A stretch of DNA of 64,000 bases from Paramecium tetraurelia (Eukaryota), in the NCBI GenBank assembly GCA_000165425.1, contig CT868030.1, positions 1 through 64,000 of the forward strand. The letters run 5' to 3'. A program made the translations under genes and the position numbers. Shown in pieces: positions 14,367 through 26,804 of the stretch; the first letter of the stretch is position 1, and every line of letters starts with the position of its first letter. Under the pieces are notes generated by a model that saw only the letters and a list, made by a program, of their open reading frames with translations, was not told the DNA's origin and ran no database searches.

Positions 14367-17300
14367 ATGGAATGCAGATTTCATTAAAACTAATAATTAG
14401 GTTGGATAAATACCTCAAACGGTCCCTTATAGGGTACTTATTTATGTAACATGTGCCGAGATTTCTATTATTCTTTCCGGGAAATTGAAATAAGAACATA
14501 AGATTAAGTACAGGAGATGCAATTTATCTTAAATGAAATACCTCTCAAAATCATTTCTAGCTAAATCAACAACATAAATTTCTCTATATTACCATTTTAA
14601 TCTTTTTTAGATAGATTGGAATTACAACGAAAAAATAATTTTAAAACGTAATCTCTAATTGATTTGAGAGAATCAATCTAGATGAAATAAAAATAAATTG
14701 AGGAAAAATTTTCCAAGATTTTAACAATATTGAGGGAGTTTGAGCAGTAGAATACAGATTTTGAAAAATTATTCTAACTTGATAGCGATTCCCCATTTTC
14801 AGATATTTATGGGGAAAGGCTCAGAATTTTAGCACATATACTTGAAAATAATGTAATTTAGTAATGGTAAGTATGGTAAAAAGATTGTGTAAATGAGATA
14901 TAAAAAACGATAGATAGATTAGCATATGGATTAGATGATTTTTCCAAAATCATAAAAGTTTGCAAAGAAGTAAAAGAGTAACCATGATTTTAATTTATTT
15001 AAAGCTAAAGATCGATGGAGGTGAAAGAGGTTTGCGGAATAAAATATGGAGAATAAAATTATATTATAAATGGTTCTATTGAATTAGTAAACTATTTTTA
15101 TATCAAAAAAGGCAGGAAGTTATTTTGCCAATAATCCAAGAGGAGTGTGGAGTATATTTGGGAAACAATAACCTAGGAAAGATTCGAATTTTCAAATACT
15201 ATACGAGCATTATCTAATGAAGTATATGAAGGATGGAGTTATTTTAAAAATGTATGTGTTTTTTCTTGCAGCAGACTTCCTTACTATTAAGACTCGAAGA
15301 TTATAGAAAACATTGAATAGTTAAAATATTTTGAAGAAAAAGGATATGTTAAATAGAATAAGAAGAGTGGCTTGTGGTTATATTATTGGAAAGGAGAATG
15401 CTTGAATTCTGGAGGTATATATGATGAGTAGGGAAATAAAGATGGTTGTTGGAAAGAAGTGCATGATAATTATTAAGAGTATTAGGAATACTAATTTATT
15501 TTAGCAATTCACAAGTTATATGTCTAAAAAAATATAAAAATGGCTGTCAAATAGGCCAATAACAAATAATCTTTGATGAAGAAATAATGTAAGATTAGAA
15601 TATTTAAGAATAGTGGAGGAGGAGAGTTTTAAAATGGAGAGAAAGTGGGAAATTGGAAGGAAATCCATGAAAAATTTTGTAGAGATCTATAAATTATAGA
15701 AAAAGGAAATTATAAAATGGGCAAAAAATTTGAATAGTGGGATGTTAGTTTCAAAAATTAAAAAATGTAAATGCTGATACAAATTTAGTGGAGGAGGAAA
15801 GTATAATTAAAAGGGCGATAAGATTGACAAATGGATTGAATTGCATGAATGTTATAATGTGTAAGATTTATTTTACTATTCAACAAGATATAGTCGTGTA
15901 TTTTATAGTGGTAGATACAATGAAGGAAAGAAAATTGGAAGATGGATAATTAAAGATAATGATGAAACAATGTATTTAAATAGGAATTATAAAAAGTGGA
16001 GGAGGAGAATATAGAGATGGTAATAAATAAGGGTAATGGACAGAAATATCAGGCAATTTCTAAAATTCTAGTGCGTTATAAATATCTTATGGAGCATATT
16101 TTAAAGGATCTTATGAGAGGGGCTAGAAATAAGGGTTATGGACTTTTTAATTTGATAAAAGATAGTAATATTATACTAAAATTACAAGAGAACCCCAAGG
16201 TGAATATATTGAAGGGCTAAAACATGGCAATTGGACAGAATTATCAACAAATTTTAATGAGTAATAATATTATCCTTATTTATTATAATAGAAATGAATA
16301 AATTGTTGCAAAAGGTGAATACTAAAGGGGTTTTCGAATTGGTGATTGGAAGATTATTAGAAATGCAGAAATGATGTTTAAAAAATTATAAATTTTAGTG
16401 GTGGAGGAACTTATGACAATGGAAGGAAGGAAGGTTGTTGGATTGAATTAGATGAGAATTTTGATTAGTATTTAAAAAAATTAAAAACATAGATCCATAA
16501 TCTTATTAAAAGGTGGGTATAACTCATAAGGATTAAAATTTGGAGAATGGAGTATTTATGATGGTTTAGTGAATGGCAATCAAAATATAATTGGCGGAGG
16601 TTTCTACAATGATAAATAACTTAAGAATGGAATATGGGTTGAAATTTATGATGGCTGCAAGTAAATATTTTGATGATATTCTTGCAGGGATAGTAGAATA
16701 TTATTTAAAGGATAGTATTAAAACGGAATTCGAGTATCCGAATGGCATATCTTGGAGACCAAAACCAATAACAAAATGTATAATTAAAATCACATTCTAT
16801 CTAGCGGTGGAGGGAAATTTGATGATTTAGGAAGAAAAAATGGATCTTGGATAGAATTAGATATAAATTATTTTTTGTATTTGTTATAAAAAATGTTGAT
16901 AGAAATCGCAAAGTGCGATATGAAGGAAATTATTGTTCTGGAAGGAAAAGTGGAGTATGGAAAGCTAGATATTTCGACTATAATAATCAAATTTTTGAAG
17001 TGTACAGTTTATAATTATTTAGTGGAAATGGACAGTATGATGAAAGTGGCATGAAAACAGGAGATTGGACAGAATTACATCATTACTTTTCTGAGTATAT
17101 CATTAATTGTTACAAAGTTTAAACAAAATTACACTCGAAGGATCATATTCTGAAGGTATGAAATAAGGCACATGGAAGATTTTTAACAGAGCCCGAGGCC
17201 AGTGTGCTGAACTAGGGAAGTATGATAAAAAAGGGCTCAAGGATGGTGTATGCGAAATGTCAGAAACCTTAGAGGGAAGTATAAAGTGCAGTAAACATGA

Positions 17301-17397
17301 ATTCAAATATTAGGTTTTACTAACGGTATTAGAAAGATATGAAAAGTATAAAAAATATCATATTAAAAGATATAATAATAATGATGAAATTAATTGA
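14367..17397 (+). CDS. Paramecium-type MORN-variant repeat protein (GGGxYxxxGxKxGxWxE repeats)
   Basis: More than ten repeats such as GGGEFQNGEKVGNWKEIHENF and GGGKYNQKGDKIDKWIELHE; N-terminal Cys/His cluster and helical region; many 21-31 nt introns. Confidence 0.75.
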
Positions 17398-18395
17398 AGG
17401 TCAAGTTATCTAAACAAGTTCAGTTAAATTCTTCTTAAAAAAAATATGTATTTTCAGTTATAAATTCATCTATGTTGCAATTTATTGTCACTTTAAAAAT
17501 AAATTGTTCTTAACACTTATTAATATTAATTTTCATTAATTACAGATTCTATGAACAGTTTTCCCATTATTTACATTAGATTTAAATAAGAATTATTTTC
17601 TATTTGCGGAAATATTTTATACAATCTAATGATTCCTAGTTGATTAATATGTGGAAATTAGTTGTCCTATTAAAATTGAATATTATCAGAGTTATTCTTC
17701 AATTTTTAAGATATTAACATTCTTAAGAGCTTAGTTGTAACATTACTTATAAACGCAATCAGAAAATATATGTAGATGATTCAGCTTTTAAAGATAAATA
17801 AATCAAAGAAACATTCGATCCTGGATGCATCAGGCTTTTATGCGGTTAGCTATATTCCAGAAGAACCAAAGGGAAATGTAAAGTAAGAAAGGTCTCTTAT
17901 TTGATCCAGTCAATATATCAATTAATTAATTAGAGCAAAATTTGATTAGAAAAGTTTCTCTATAAATCAATCACGGATTAATTTTGTTTGAATTATATCT
18001 TTATTATGTGATTAATTATAATTCAAATTTTTGGTGCTAATGTAAGTATTACAATAATCAATTAAAAGCTAGCAAATTTGAAGATGAAGATATTGCATTT
18101 TCAATAATTTTCAATATAAGTAAGGGTTTTCTGAAAAATAACATATAATAAATGAGATCTATTAATTTTGTTAATGACGATTTAATAATAATAATAGATA
18201 TTATTATAATTATCAGACATACAATTTAATAAATTATTTGTTTTTAGAATTTCAATTTGCATAAATTATTGATTGAAAACAAAATATAATTAGCACAAAA
18301 TATTTCTACTAAATTTAAACAAATTTCGAAAATTCGATTAGCAAAATATTTATAAAAATAAACAGGTCTTATAATATAATAACAATAAAACAAAA

Positions 18396-20343
18396 TCATA
18401 TTACAATTATTAACTTAACCCCTTTTTACTATAATCTTCCATAAATATCATTAAGTTTGTGTTACACTGTCTATTCATAAAATATGTCGAAATCAAAATT
18501 AATCTCTTTGAATTCTTCATAAGGATTTAAACAAATTGAAAGATATAATATGAGTAAATTGATATCTATTTCTTAACTTTTAAGATTGATGATTTGTTTA
18601 ATATTATCTCCAATAATTTCGTGATATAAATGATAAAAGCCTTCATTAACTTTAATTGAATTGTCATAAAAATTTTCGATTTCTAAAATTAAATCTTTCG
18701 TCTTATTAGATATTTATCCCTTTAATAGTTCAATATCTACAGTCTTATTAAAGGCTTTGGAAATTTGTTAAAAGAAATCTAAAGATTATTTCAAATCTTT
18801 TTAGATTAATTATGTTAATTTCCTAAATTCCTAGAAAATGATGTTGTTAATACTTCAGATTATAAAAATCTTTCCCATGTTTCTTAGTTAAACTTTTCAT
18901 GAACCTTTTTCGTAAATTATTCATTCACTCTTTCTAAATGGATTAACTAATTTTTAGCAATAAAAAAAAGTAATCCATAATAATTATCATTTGGCAACTT
19001 TAATTTTTATTACAATTAAATAATTTATTGGACAACAAAATTAAAGAAAAAGGCCACATTTCTCTCAAATAAAAAGTAATTATAATATTTAAGCATCGCA
19101 GTTTTTCTTTTAATTTCACATTGTTAATTACGTAAAAGAATTTCATTCTATTTTTTACAGAACAAAAACTTACATTAACGTCTTATTCATAATTTATTGA
19201 TTTGGATCTAACTTCACCAAAAGTCTTTAAAGCTATTTCCTTTTACTTTTCAAGAATGACAATATGATCCTAAATTAAATATCGAGCCACTAAATATTGA
19301 TCAAGATAGCACTTATTAATTAAAATTGATTAGCCGAGTTCATCTTAATTATATTATTTTTATAAACCTTTTTCTTAAAATAAATTTATGAAGTCTGGTT
19401 GGATAAACTATTCTTATTTTCTTAGAATTTGACTTTCAAATACTTCCTCCCAGGATATTCTATCGCTCTCTTCAAGTTGTAACATTTTCGTTATAAGATC
19501 CTTCACTCCGTTTGATCTGACAGGCTTATTCGGAAAGGATATGGGCTATATTATACACTTGGGATACTTATTTTTGGACATTTTCAAAAAATGATTCAAA
19601 ATCTTTGGCTTCCCAAGGTACTCGACCATAGAGGATTTCATAAAATGTTACTCCCAAAGACCAGATGTCTGATTTCGATGAAAATGGCTTTCCTTATAGA
19701 ATTTGTGGGGCCATGTATAGGGGTGTTCCCATTTTTGTAAGTTATGTTGGAGCTAAGGAAATAAAATACGAAAATGAAAACCATTCATATCCGAATCTAT
19801 CACACAAGCTATGCTAAAATCAGTAATCTTGGCTATTCCTTAATGTAACAATATGTTGCCTGGCTTAATATTACGATGTATTATTTTATTCTAATACAAA
19901 ACTTTAAAGCCTTCAACAATATGATTGAGAAAGAGTATTGCTTCAACCTATAATAAATTAAAGTTTCACTTCACTAAGTCTATTTTCTTTCTTTTTCGCA
20001 ATGTATTTTTTGAGGTTACCGTCTGCACAATATTCAAGGATAATGTACACATAATTAATGGTACGAATGATATCAAGCATTCTTATAATATTTGGATGAT
20101 TGATTTTTTAAAGTATTGCAATTTCTTATTTAAACAATTCAAGAAGCTTTGGATTTTCCCCAAACACCTAGAAGGTCTTGCTTATGATAAAGTTACGGCT
20201 ATTTTGACCATCTTAACAGCGATTAGTTTGGTTTCATCCTCTTTGTAGAAACCCTTATATAAACAACCAAATGCTTCACAACTCAGTTTTTCATTAATAA
20301 CGATATATTTTGTTACTTGTTTGGTTAACCAAGTATCCTACAT
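18396..20343 (-). CDS. ULK/Atg1-like ciliate Ser/Thr kinase-family protein, probable pseudokinase
   Basis: [36 protein letters not shown] and DIWSLG motifs; helical C-terminal region; frame stays open after removal of about seven tiny introns. Confidence 0.85.
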
Positions 20344-20929
20344 TTTTATATAAATTAATAATTAAATACACCAAGTTGATTAATAGAAAAATTGTACTTA
20401 ATTGTAAATTTCTAACAAAATACTATTTAAGAGATACATAATCAAGCAAATTCGGACTCTAATAATATGGTATGAGAATTATGTGTTAGAGTTTAGAGAT
20501 AAAATTGCATATTATTTATTTCTATCATATCTTTTAAGTACTCTTAATTAAAACTGATTAGGTAGGTGTAAATAAATAATCTAAAACTCTATTATTAACG
20601 AGGATGTAATCCTATGTCAGAGTTATTAGTTCTGAATAATTTAATTTCTATAGTAATTATATACTTATTAATAGGGAAACAGGATTTTATTATAAGTTAG
20701 AGTTAAAGACAAAAATATTGATTAATTCATTTAATTGATATATGGAATAGATTCGATTAATCTTTCAAAATTATCTCAAATAAGAGGAATTGTGAGGTTA
20801 CTTCACTACTCTTGTTGCTGGGAATAGATTGACAAGAAATCCTTTTTCGAAGTAAAAGATCTAATGCAATTATGTGTATAAGAATTAAATAAATTATTTT
20901 CCTCTAGAATATTAGTTAAATTAATAATT

Positions 20930-22215
20930 ATGATTAATGAAATTTTATCAATGATTGTCTTGGTAATAATAGCATTTTTCATTGCTATTATTATCAAATA
21001 CGCTATCGATTCATATATGATGGAATAAGAATCAAGCAAGGATTAAACTTATAAAATTTTTAATACAAATGAACTTCAAAAGAGGCAGAATCTTAAAGAG
21101 ATTCAATAAGAACAGGAATTAATTTAAGAAAACACAATCTAAAATGAAGAGGATTGCAATGACAATTAATAAAAAACAATATTTTCTCTGAACAAAATTT
21201 CAACTCCTATAAGTAATTTAAATCAAAGCAATTAAGAACAACCAAATTTTGATAAAAATTCAAAATAAGAAAAGTAAATAGTAAATAAAAAGAGTGAGAA
21301 ATTCTTGATTGAAGACATACAAATTCAAACAACTTAATTCAGAAAACCATTTGAAAACTAAATTTAAAATGAAAATTATTAACTATTTATTTAATCATAA
21401 GAAGAAAGTAAGTTGGTGTTAAATCCAATTATGCCCAAACTAGCTAAGAATTAATAAGATGATGTTAGGAATTGGATTTTAAGTTTATACAATATTCATG
21501 ATAACTACAATCCAGATGATGTTTTTATAAGCTAAATATTAAACTAAAATTAAATAGAAAAAGAATTGGGAGTGAATAATTAGAGATTTTCAATGAAGTT
21601 AAGGGAAAACTTAATTGGATATAGAAAAGTAAAGCAAGATCCTAACAGTCTTTTTGCCGCCTTATCTTTTTCATTTTTGGAAAATGCTTTAAAATCCCCA
21701 AACTTGAATCAATTAGAAAATGAAATGAGTTGGATTAAAACCATGAACCTAGTCATCAAGAGTAGGTCATTTTTGATTGATGAGAAAATGTTTTAGAATC
21801 ATCAAGTCTACTTTTTATAAAAACTATTAGAAATCTATTAGACAGAGTATCCAATAACTTAATTGGAACTATTAATGAATGATAGACAAAGCCAATTTTA
21901 TGGACTTTCTATTATTTACTTTAGAAATTTAATATCATTATTATTAAATAATTAAGCTCCTAGTGAACATCAAGAAGCAGAAGAGATTTTGTATTGGGAA
22001 AGTGATTTAAGCGATGCGAATAAAATTTTTGAATTGTTAGCTGACAGACTGAGAATGTACAATTTTAGTTTATATTTAGTTAAATTCACGAATACAGTAT
22101 TAATAAATTGAAAGGCTAAGTAGAGATCAAAATTTATGGTTAAGATGATGATAGATAAATACACTTACTTTGTTCAGATGAGCATTATGACATAGGGATT
22201 GGAATGAATGATTGA
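20930..22215 (+). CDS. N-terminally membrane-anchored otubain (peptidase C65/OTU)-like protein
   Basis: Hydrophobic N-terminus (ILSMIVLVIIAFFIAIII), Q/N/E-rich linker, GYRKVKQDPNSLFAALSFSFLENAL (cf. otubain RxxRxDGNCFYRA) and IHLLCSDEHYDI (cf. LLYRPGHYDI); one 23-nt intron near 22057. Confidence 0.7.
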
Positions 22216-22282
22216 TGATTTATTATGCATGTCAATTATTCTTATTGATGAATGAACTGAATTTAAAAATCATAATATAAAT

Positions 22283-22892
22283 ATGTAAAATTAGAATAAG
22301 TAAGTGCTTGTTCCAGTTGGTGATGGATGCGAAGAAATTGAAACTGTGGCTATAATCGATATATTACGAAGAGCAAATATCGATGTTACATTTGCATCGA
22401 TAAAGCCTGTTGAAGATGAAAAAGCTCCTGTGATAGTGGGTAGATCTGGAATATCTTTTATATGTGATACATATTTAACAGAGGCAGTTTTAAAATAGCA
22501 ATTTGATCTAATAGCTCTTCCAGGGGGACTGTCAAATGCGTAATCTTTAGGAACACATTAGCCTTTGGTAAGATAGAAATTTAATTTGATCATAGTTGGA
22601 TCGATTAAGATAACAATAGGAGGAAGGGAAATGGATAGCTGCCATTTGTGCTTCTCCCTAGTTGGTTTTGGACAAGAATGGTTTTATGATTAATTCAACA
22701 GGAACCTGTCATCCAGCTCATGTTTAGGATTATAAAGGATAATTTTCAGAGGATCGAGTTCATGTCAGCAACAAGTTTATTACATCAAGATCTCCAGGAA
22801 CTGCCATAGAATTCGCATTGGCTTTGGTTGAATTATTGGTAGACTAGCACACAGCTGTTTAAATGGCAAAATCGTTATTAGTAAAGCGATGA
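22283..22892 (+). CDS. DJ-1/PfpI family protein (YajL/ThiJ/PARK7-like)
   Basis: [35 protein letters not shown] (catalytic Cys) and [17 protein letters not shown]; one intron near 22568. Confidence 0.95.
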
Positions 22893-22958
22893 AATTTAAA
22901 CTAACATTGAGTTTATAGATAATTATAATATTGATTAATATATTTATTTACATCCTAT

Positions 22959-23382
22959 TCATCTATTTGAATGTGTAAAACTCTAGAAATTAATATACAG
23001 AATATAATTACATTAGGAACAGTATATCTAAGTACTTTTTTATCATCCACCACAGAGTCATCGCCTATCTTCTTTGGGTCATAGACATCTTTGGTAAAAT
23101 TGGTGCCATACTCTTCAATTTCAAATTTCCTCAATAATTTTTGCATAAGTTCCTTAAGAATGATTAATGGATGAATACTTCGCTGTCAGGTTTTTCTCTA
23201 GCGCTTTTGAGTTTTTTACTGATAAAAAAATCTGAACTTCCTTTTGATGAGAGCTGAATTGAGTTGTTAATCAATTCGTCTAAATTTGCACTTAAATTGG
23301 GTTGTGGCAACTTATTTAGGAGTTGCTCTCTTTTTTTTTCCTATTCTTAATATGTGGGATCTCGATGATATAATTATTCCAT
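22959..23382 (-). CDS. SAP30-binding protein (HCNGP)-like, compact form
   Basis: KLLRKFEIEEYGTNFTKDVYDP resembles the SAP30BP core IDELGTNYPKDMFDP; two tiny introns; about 120 aa. Confidence 0.6.
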
Positions 23383-23449
23383 TAATAATTTAATATATAT
23401 TTATATAAGACGTCAGTGTTTTAAGTATGAGTCAATATTATTAAATATA
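23383..23449. promoter_or_regulatory. 67-bp putative bidirectional promoter with CRE-like and AP-1-like motifs
   Basis: Lies between two divergent ATGs; contains AGACGTCA (23408-23415) and TGAGTCA (23428-23434). Confidence 0.5.
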
Positions 23450-24914
23450 ATGAATAGGTTGGCTCTCTACGCTAATTAGTTGGCTCATCACTTGACAATC
23501 ACTGACAATAGAACAGGCAAAACTATCGAAGTTCCAATCAGTACATCTAGAGAAAGCGATTTTATCCATGCGACAAAATTGGGTGCTCTTCAATATCAAG
23601 GTCAGCCTTTGAGAGTTTATGATCCAGGTTATATGAACACAATATGCTGCGTAAGAAATAATTCTGAATGTTATTAGACATCTAAAATATCCTACATCGA
23701 TGGAGACAAGGGAATTTTGGAATATAGAGGAATACCAATAGAGGAATTAGCAGAGAAATCAACATTTGTTGAAGTGGCTTACTTGCTGATTAACGGAGAA
23801 TTACCAAGCAAGAGTTAATTGTAGGAATGGGATGAAAAGCTTAGGAAGCATACATTCATCCACACAGATGCATCCCAAATGATGAAGAGCTTTAGATACG
23901 ATGCCCATCCAATGGGTATGTTAATCTCAACTCTGGCTGCTATTTCAACTTTTCATCCTGAAGTTAATCCAGCTTTAGCAGGAGAAGGAGTTTACAAGAA
24001 TAAAGATATTGTGAATAAATAGATTTATCGTATTTTGGGATCATTACCTACTATTGCATCCAATAGTTTTAGAAATAGAATTGGTAGAGAACACAATATG
24101 CCTCATGAGAATATGAGTTATGTTGAGAATTTCTTATACATGCTCGATAAATTGAATGAAAAAGAATACAAACCACATCCTAAAATTACCAGGGCTTTGG
24201 AAGTCTTATTTATTTTGCACGCAGAGCATGAATTGAATTGCTCTACTGCATTCGTTCGACATTTGAGTTCAAGTGGAGTTGATATCTACACTGCCATAGC
24301 TGGTGCTGCTGGAGCACTCTATGGACCCAAACATGGAGGAGCCAATGAAGCCGTTCTTAGAATGTTGGAAGAGATTGGTGATCTCAAGAATATCCCATAG
24401 TTCATAAAGGATGTCAAAGATAGAAAAAAACTGTTGATGGGTTTTGGACATAGAGTTTATAAAAACTATGATCCAAGAGCTAAAATAGTCAAATAGATAG
24501 CTTATTAAGTCTTTGAAATTACTGGCAAAGAACCCTTGATCGAAATAGCAATTGAATTAGAGAAGATTGCTCTTTCAGATCCATATTTCATTTAAAGAAA
24601 ATTATATCCAAATGTTGATTTCTATAGTGGAGTTATCTATAGGGCATTGGGATTCCCAACTGATATGTTCCCAGTGTTATTCACAATTCCAAGAGTGGCA
24701 GGATGGTTAGCACATTGGAAGGAATATTTGAATGACAAAGAAAATAACATCGTCAGACCAAGATAGAATTATGTTGGTCCTGAGAAAAGAAATTATGTTC
24801 CAGTTGAATAAAGAAAAGAGGTACTGAATTAATTTATTTTATTAGTTTCCGATATATTTGGAATCAAATAAAAGTAGTAGATAGAAGAGAAGAGAAACCG
24901 CAACATTATCTTGA
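23450..24914 (+). CDS. Citrate synthase, type II/peroxisomal (plant CSY-like)
   Basis: [56 protein letters not shown] and YPNVDFYSG; introns at 23651-23677 and near 24821. Confidence 0.97.
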
Positions 24915-24976
24915 TTTAGGATATTAAAATATTATTAATAGTATATTTCATTATTATTTAATAATTATTGTAAATT

Positions 24977-25802
24977 ATGTTTTCTAAGAAAATTAAGAAA
25001 TAAGAAATTAAGTTGATTGACAATGATAAAGACGATGATTAATTATAATATTCTAATCTTAATCAACATCCATAAATAGATAAATCAATTTAGAAATAAA
25101 AAAGAGTTGGAATCAATGTTTAATAATTGGCCAAAGAAAAATAGATCTCTCAAAAAAAGTCAGCCACTAATAATGAAAGAGAAAGAAATTTCCTTAATCA
25201 AGATTCCGCTCGAGGATTAACGAGCATAAACTACATTAAGCAAAAAACTGAAAAGCCAGATAAACTCATGGAAAAATACGTCTAAGAAAAAATTAAGAGT
25301 GTAGATCCCTTAGCATTTTGTGGTCAGGTTGAGAATGTTCAAGATGAATAATAAAGAGACGCTGAACTCTTAGAAGAAATTCGTGAGGTATATTATTTGC
25401 TTCTATCTCTTTTAAGACTTAAGCCAAATTTTTATCGAAAAATGAAGAAAAGGACCCATCCTTCTATGTCGGTGGTATTATCCAAGTCAATTTATCTCTT
25501 GAGTAATATTATTATCTTATAATTTAGAGAGGAAGCTTAAAAGCTAGCATAAATGGAGGATTTAAAAAGAGATCAATACATTTAAACCATTATTCAAGGA
25601 AAACCAAAAAGAGCAGCACCTGTAGTTGTACATCCAGATGAAGAAGAAGATAAGGAAACAAAAGCATTTAGAGAACTTAAATCAAAGTTTTACCAAAAAG
25701 GAAGAAGTATGTTTATTCAATTAATTTTTAGTTTTTAAATACTAACAAATGAAAAAAACAATAGACAATATTAAACCTGAGATTGAACAATCAAAATCAT
25801 GA
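24977..25802 (+). CDS. C9orf78/HCA59 (Tls1)-like splicing-associated protein
   Basis: MEKYVQEKIK and GGIIQVNLSLE^RKLKKLAQME resemble C9orf78 MMKYIETEL and GIPEVDLGIDAKIKNI; charged protein; three tiny introns. Confidence 0.5.
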
Positions 25803-25910
25803 AGTTATATAATGACATATGTTTCAACTTTACATTTAATGATTTAACATGTCTATAATATGAAGCTTAAATTTTAATGAATGTAAAAGTTTTGAATATA
25901 ATTTAAATTA

Positions 25911-26570
25911 ATGAAAATTTTGATTCTCATTTTATTGGCATTAACATTAGCCAAAGAAGATTATTATAAAATCTTAGGATTAAAAAAAGGAGCTGATTTG
26001 GATAGCGTAAAAAAATAATTTAGGAAATTATCTTTGAAATATCATCCTGATAAGAATCATTCTCCTGGAGCTCATGAAAAGTATTAAAAAATAACTCATG
26101 CTTATTAAGAAATAATAGATGGTAATGCAGATAAAGAAGATGATGATATGCTTTTCAACAATAGGCGATATTCTTAATCATATACCAGAACATATACATT
26201 TACTGATGATCCATTCAGAAGAACTTATAACTCATACACAGAATTTCCTAATCAAAAATAAGATAGCTTCTTAAATCTCAACTCTATTTTTATCATAGGG
26301 ATTGTATTGCTTTTCGGATTTCTGATTACAAACTTCATGAGTAATGTTTCATAAGAGGAAGGTAAATAAAATTAGTCAGCAAATCAATAACAATAGAATA
26401 ATTAATAACATGAAAACTAACAGCATCAAAGTCAACGATAAGACCAGAGTCAGACTTAACAAAAGCATCACACTAAATTGAACCAGGATATTAGGGAGAA
26501 GGTTTCAAATATTTCTTCCTACACAGAATCTAATCACAGATTCTAATTTTATGAGAATTTTAATTAATGA
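25911..26570 (+). CDS. Secretory-pathway DnaJ (Hsp40) protein with signal peptide and one TM helix
   Basis: MKILILILLALTLA-KEDYYKILGL...KLSLKYHPDKN; later IFIIGIVLLFGFLI TM segment and a Q-rich tail; intronless 219 aa. Confidence 0.9.
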
Positions 26571-26804
26571 TTTGAATTGCTTTGTCTTCTATAATTTTAA
26601 TCAACTAAATTCCAGAATTCTATATTAATTTCTAAACATTAAATATTAGTTAATCTCATTTTTATATTAGAAATTATCAAATTTTTTCGTTTGTTCTAAT
26701 TCAATTGATTGCTTGATCAAAGCTAGTATATCTAAGAATCATATTTTAATTGGATTAGAAAATAATATTAAGAAAAAGTAGAGAAAATATAATTATTATT
26801 AATT

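Noticed and set aside
22213..22260. TGATGA...CTGA resembling a box C/D snoRNA
   Set aside because: Only ~48 nt long, the box C is the tandem stop codon of the OTU-like gene, and there is no terminal stem or recognisable guide.
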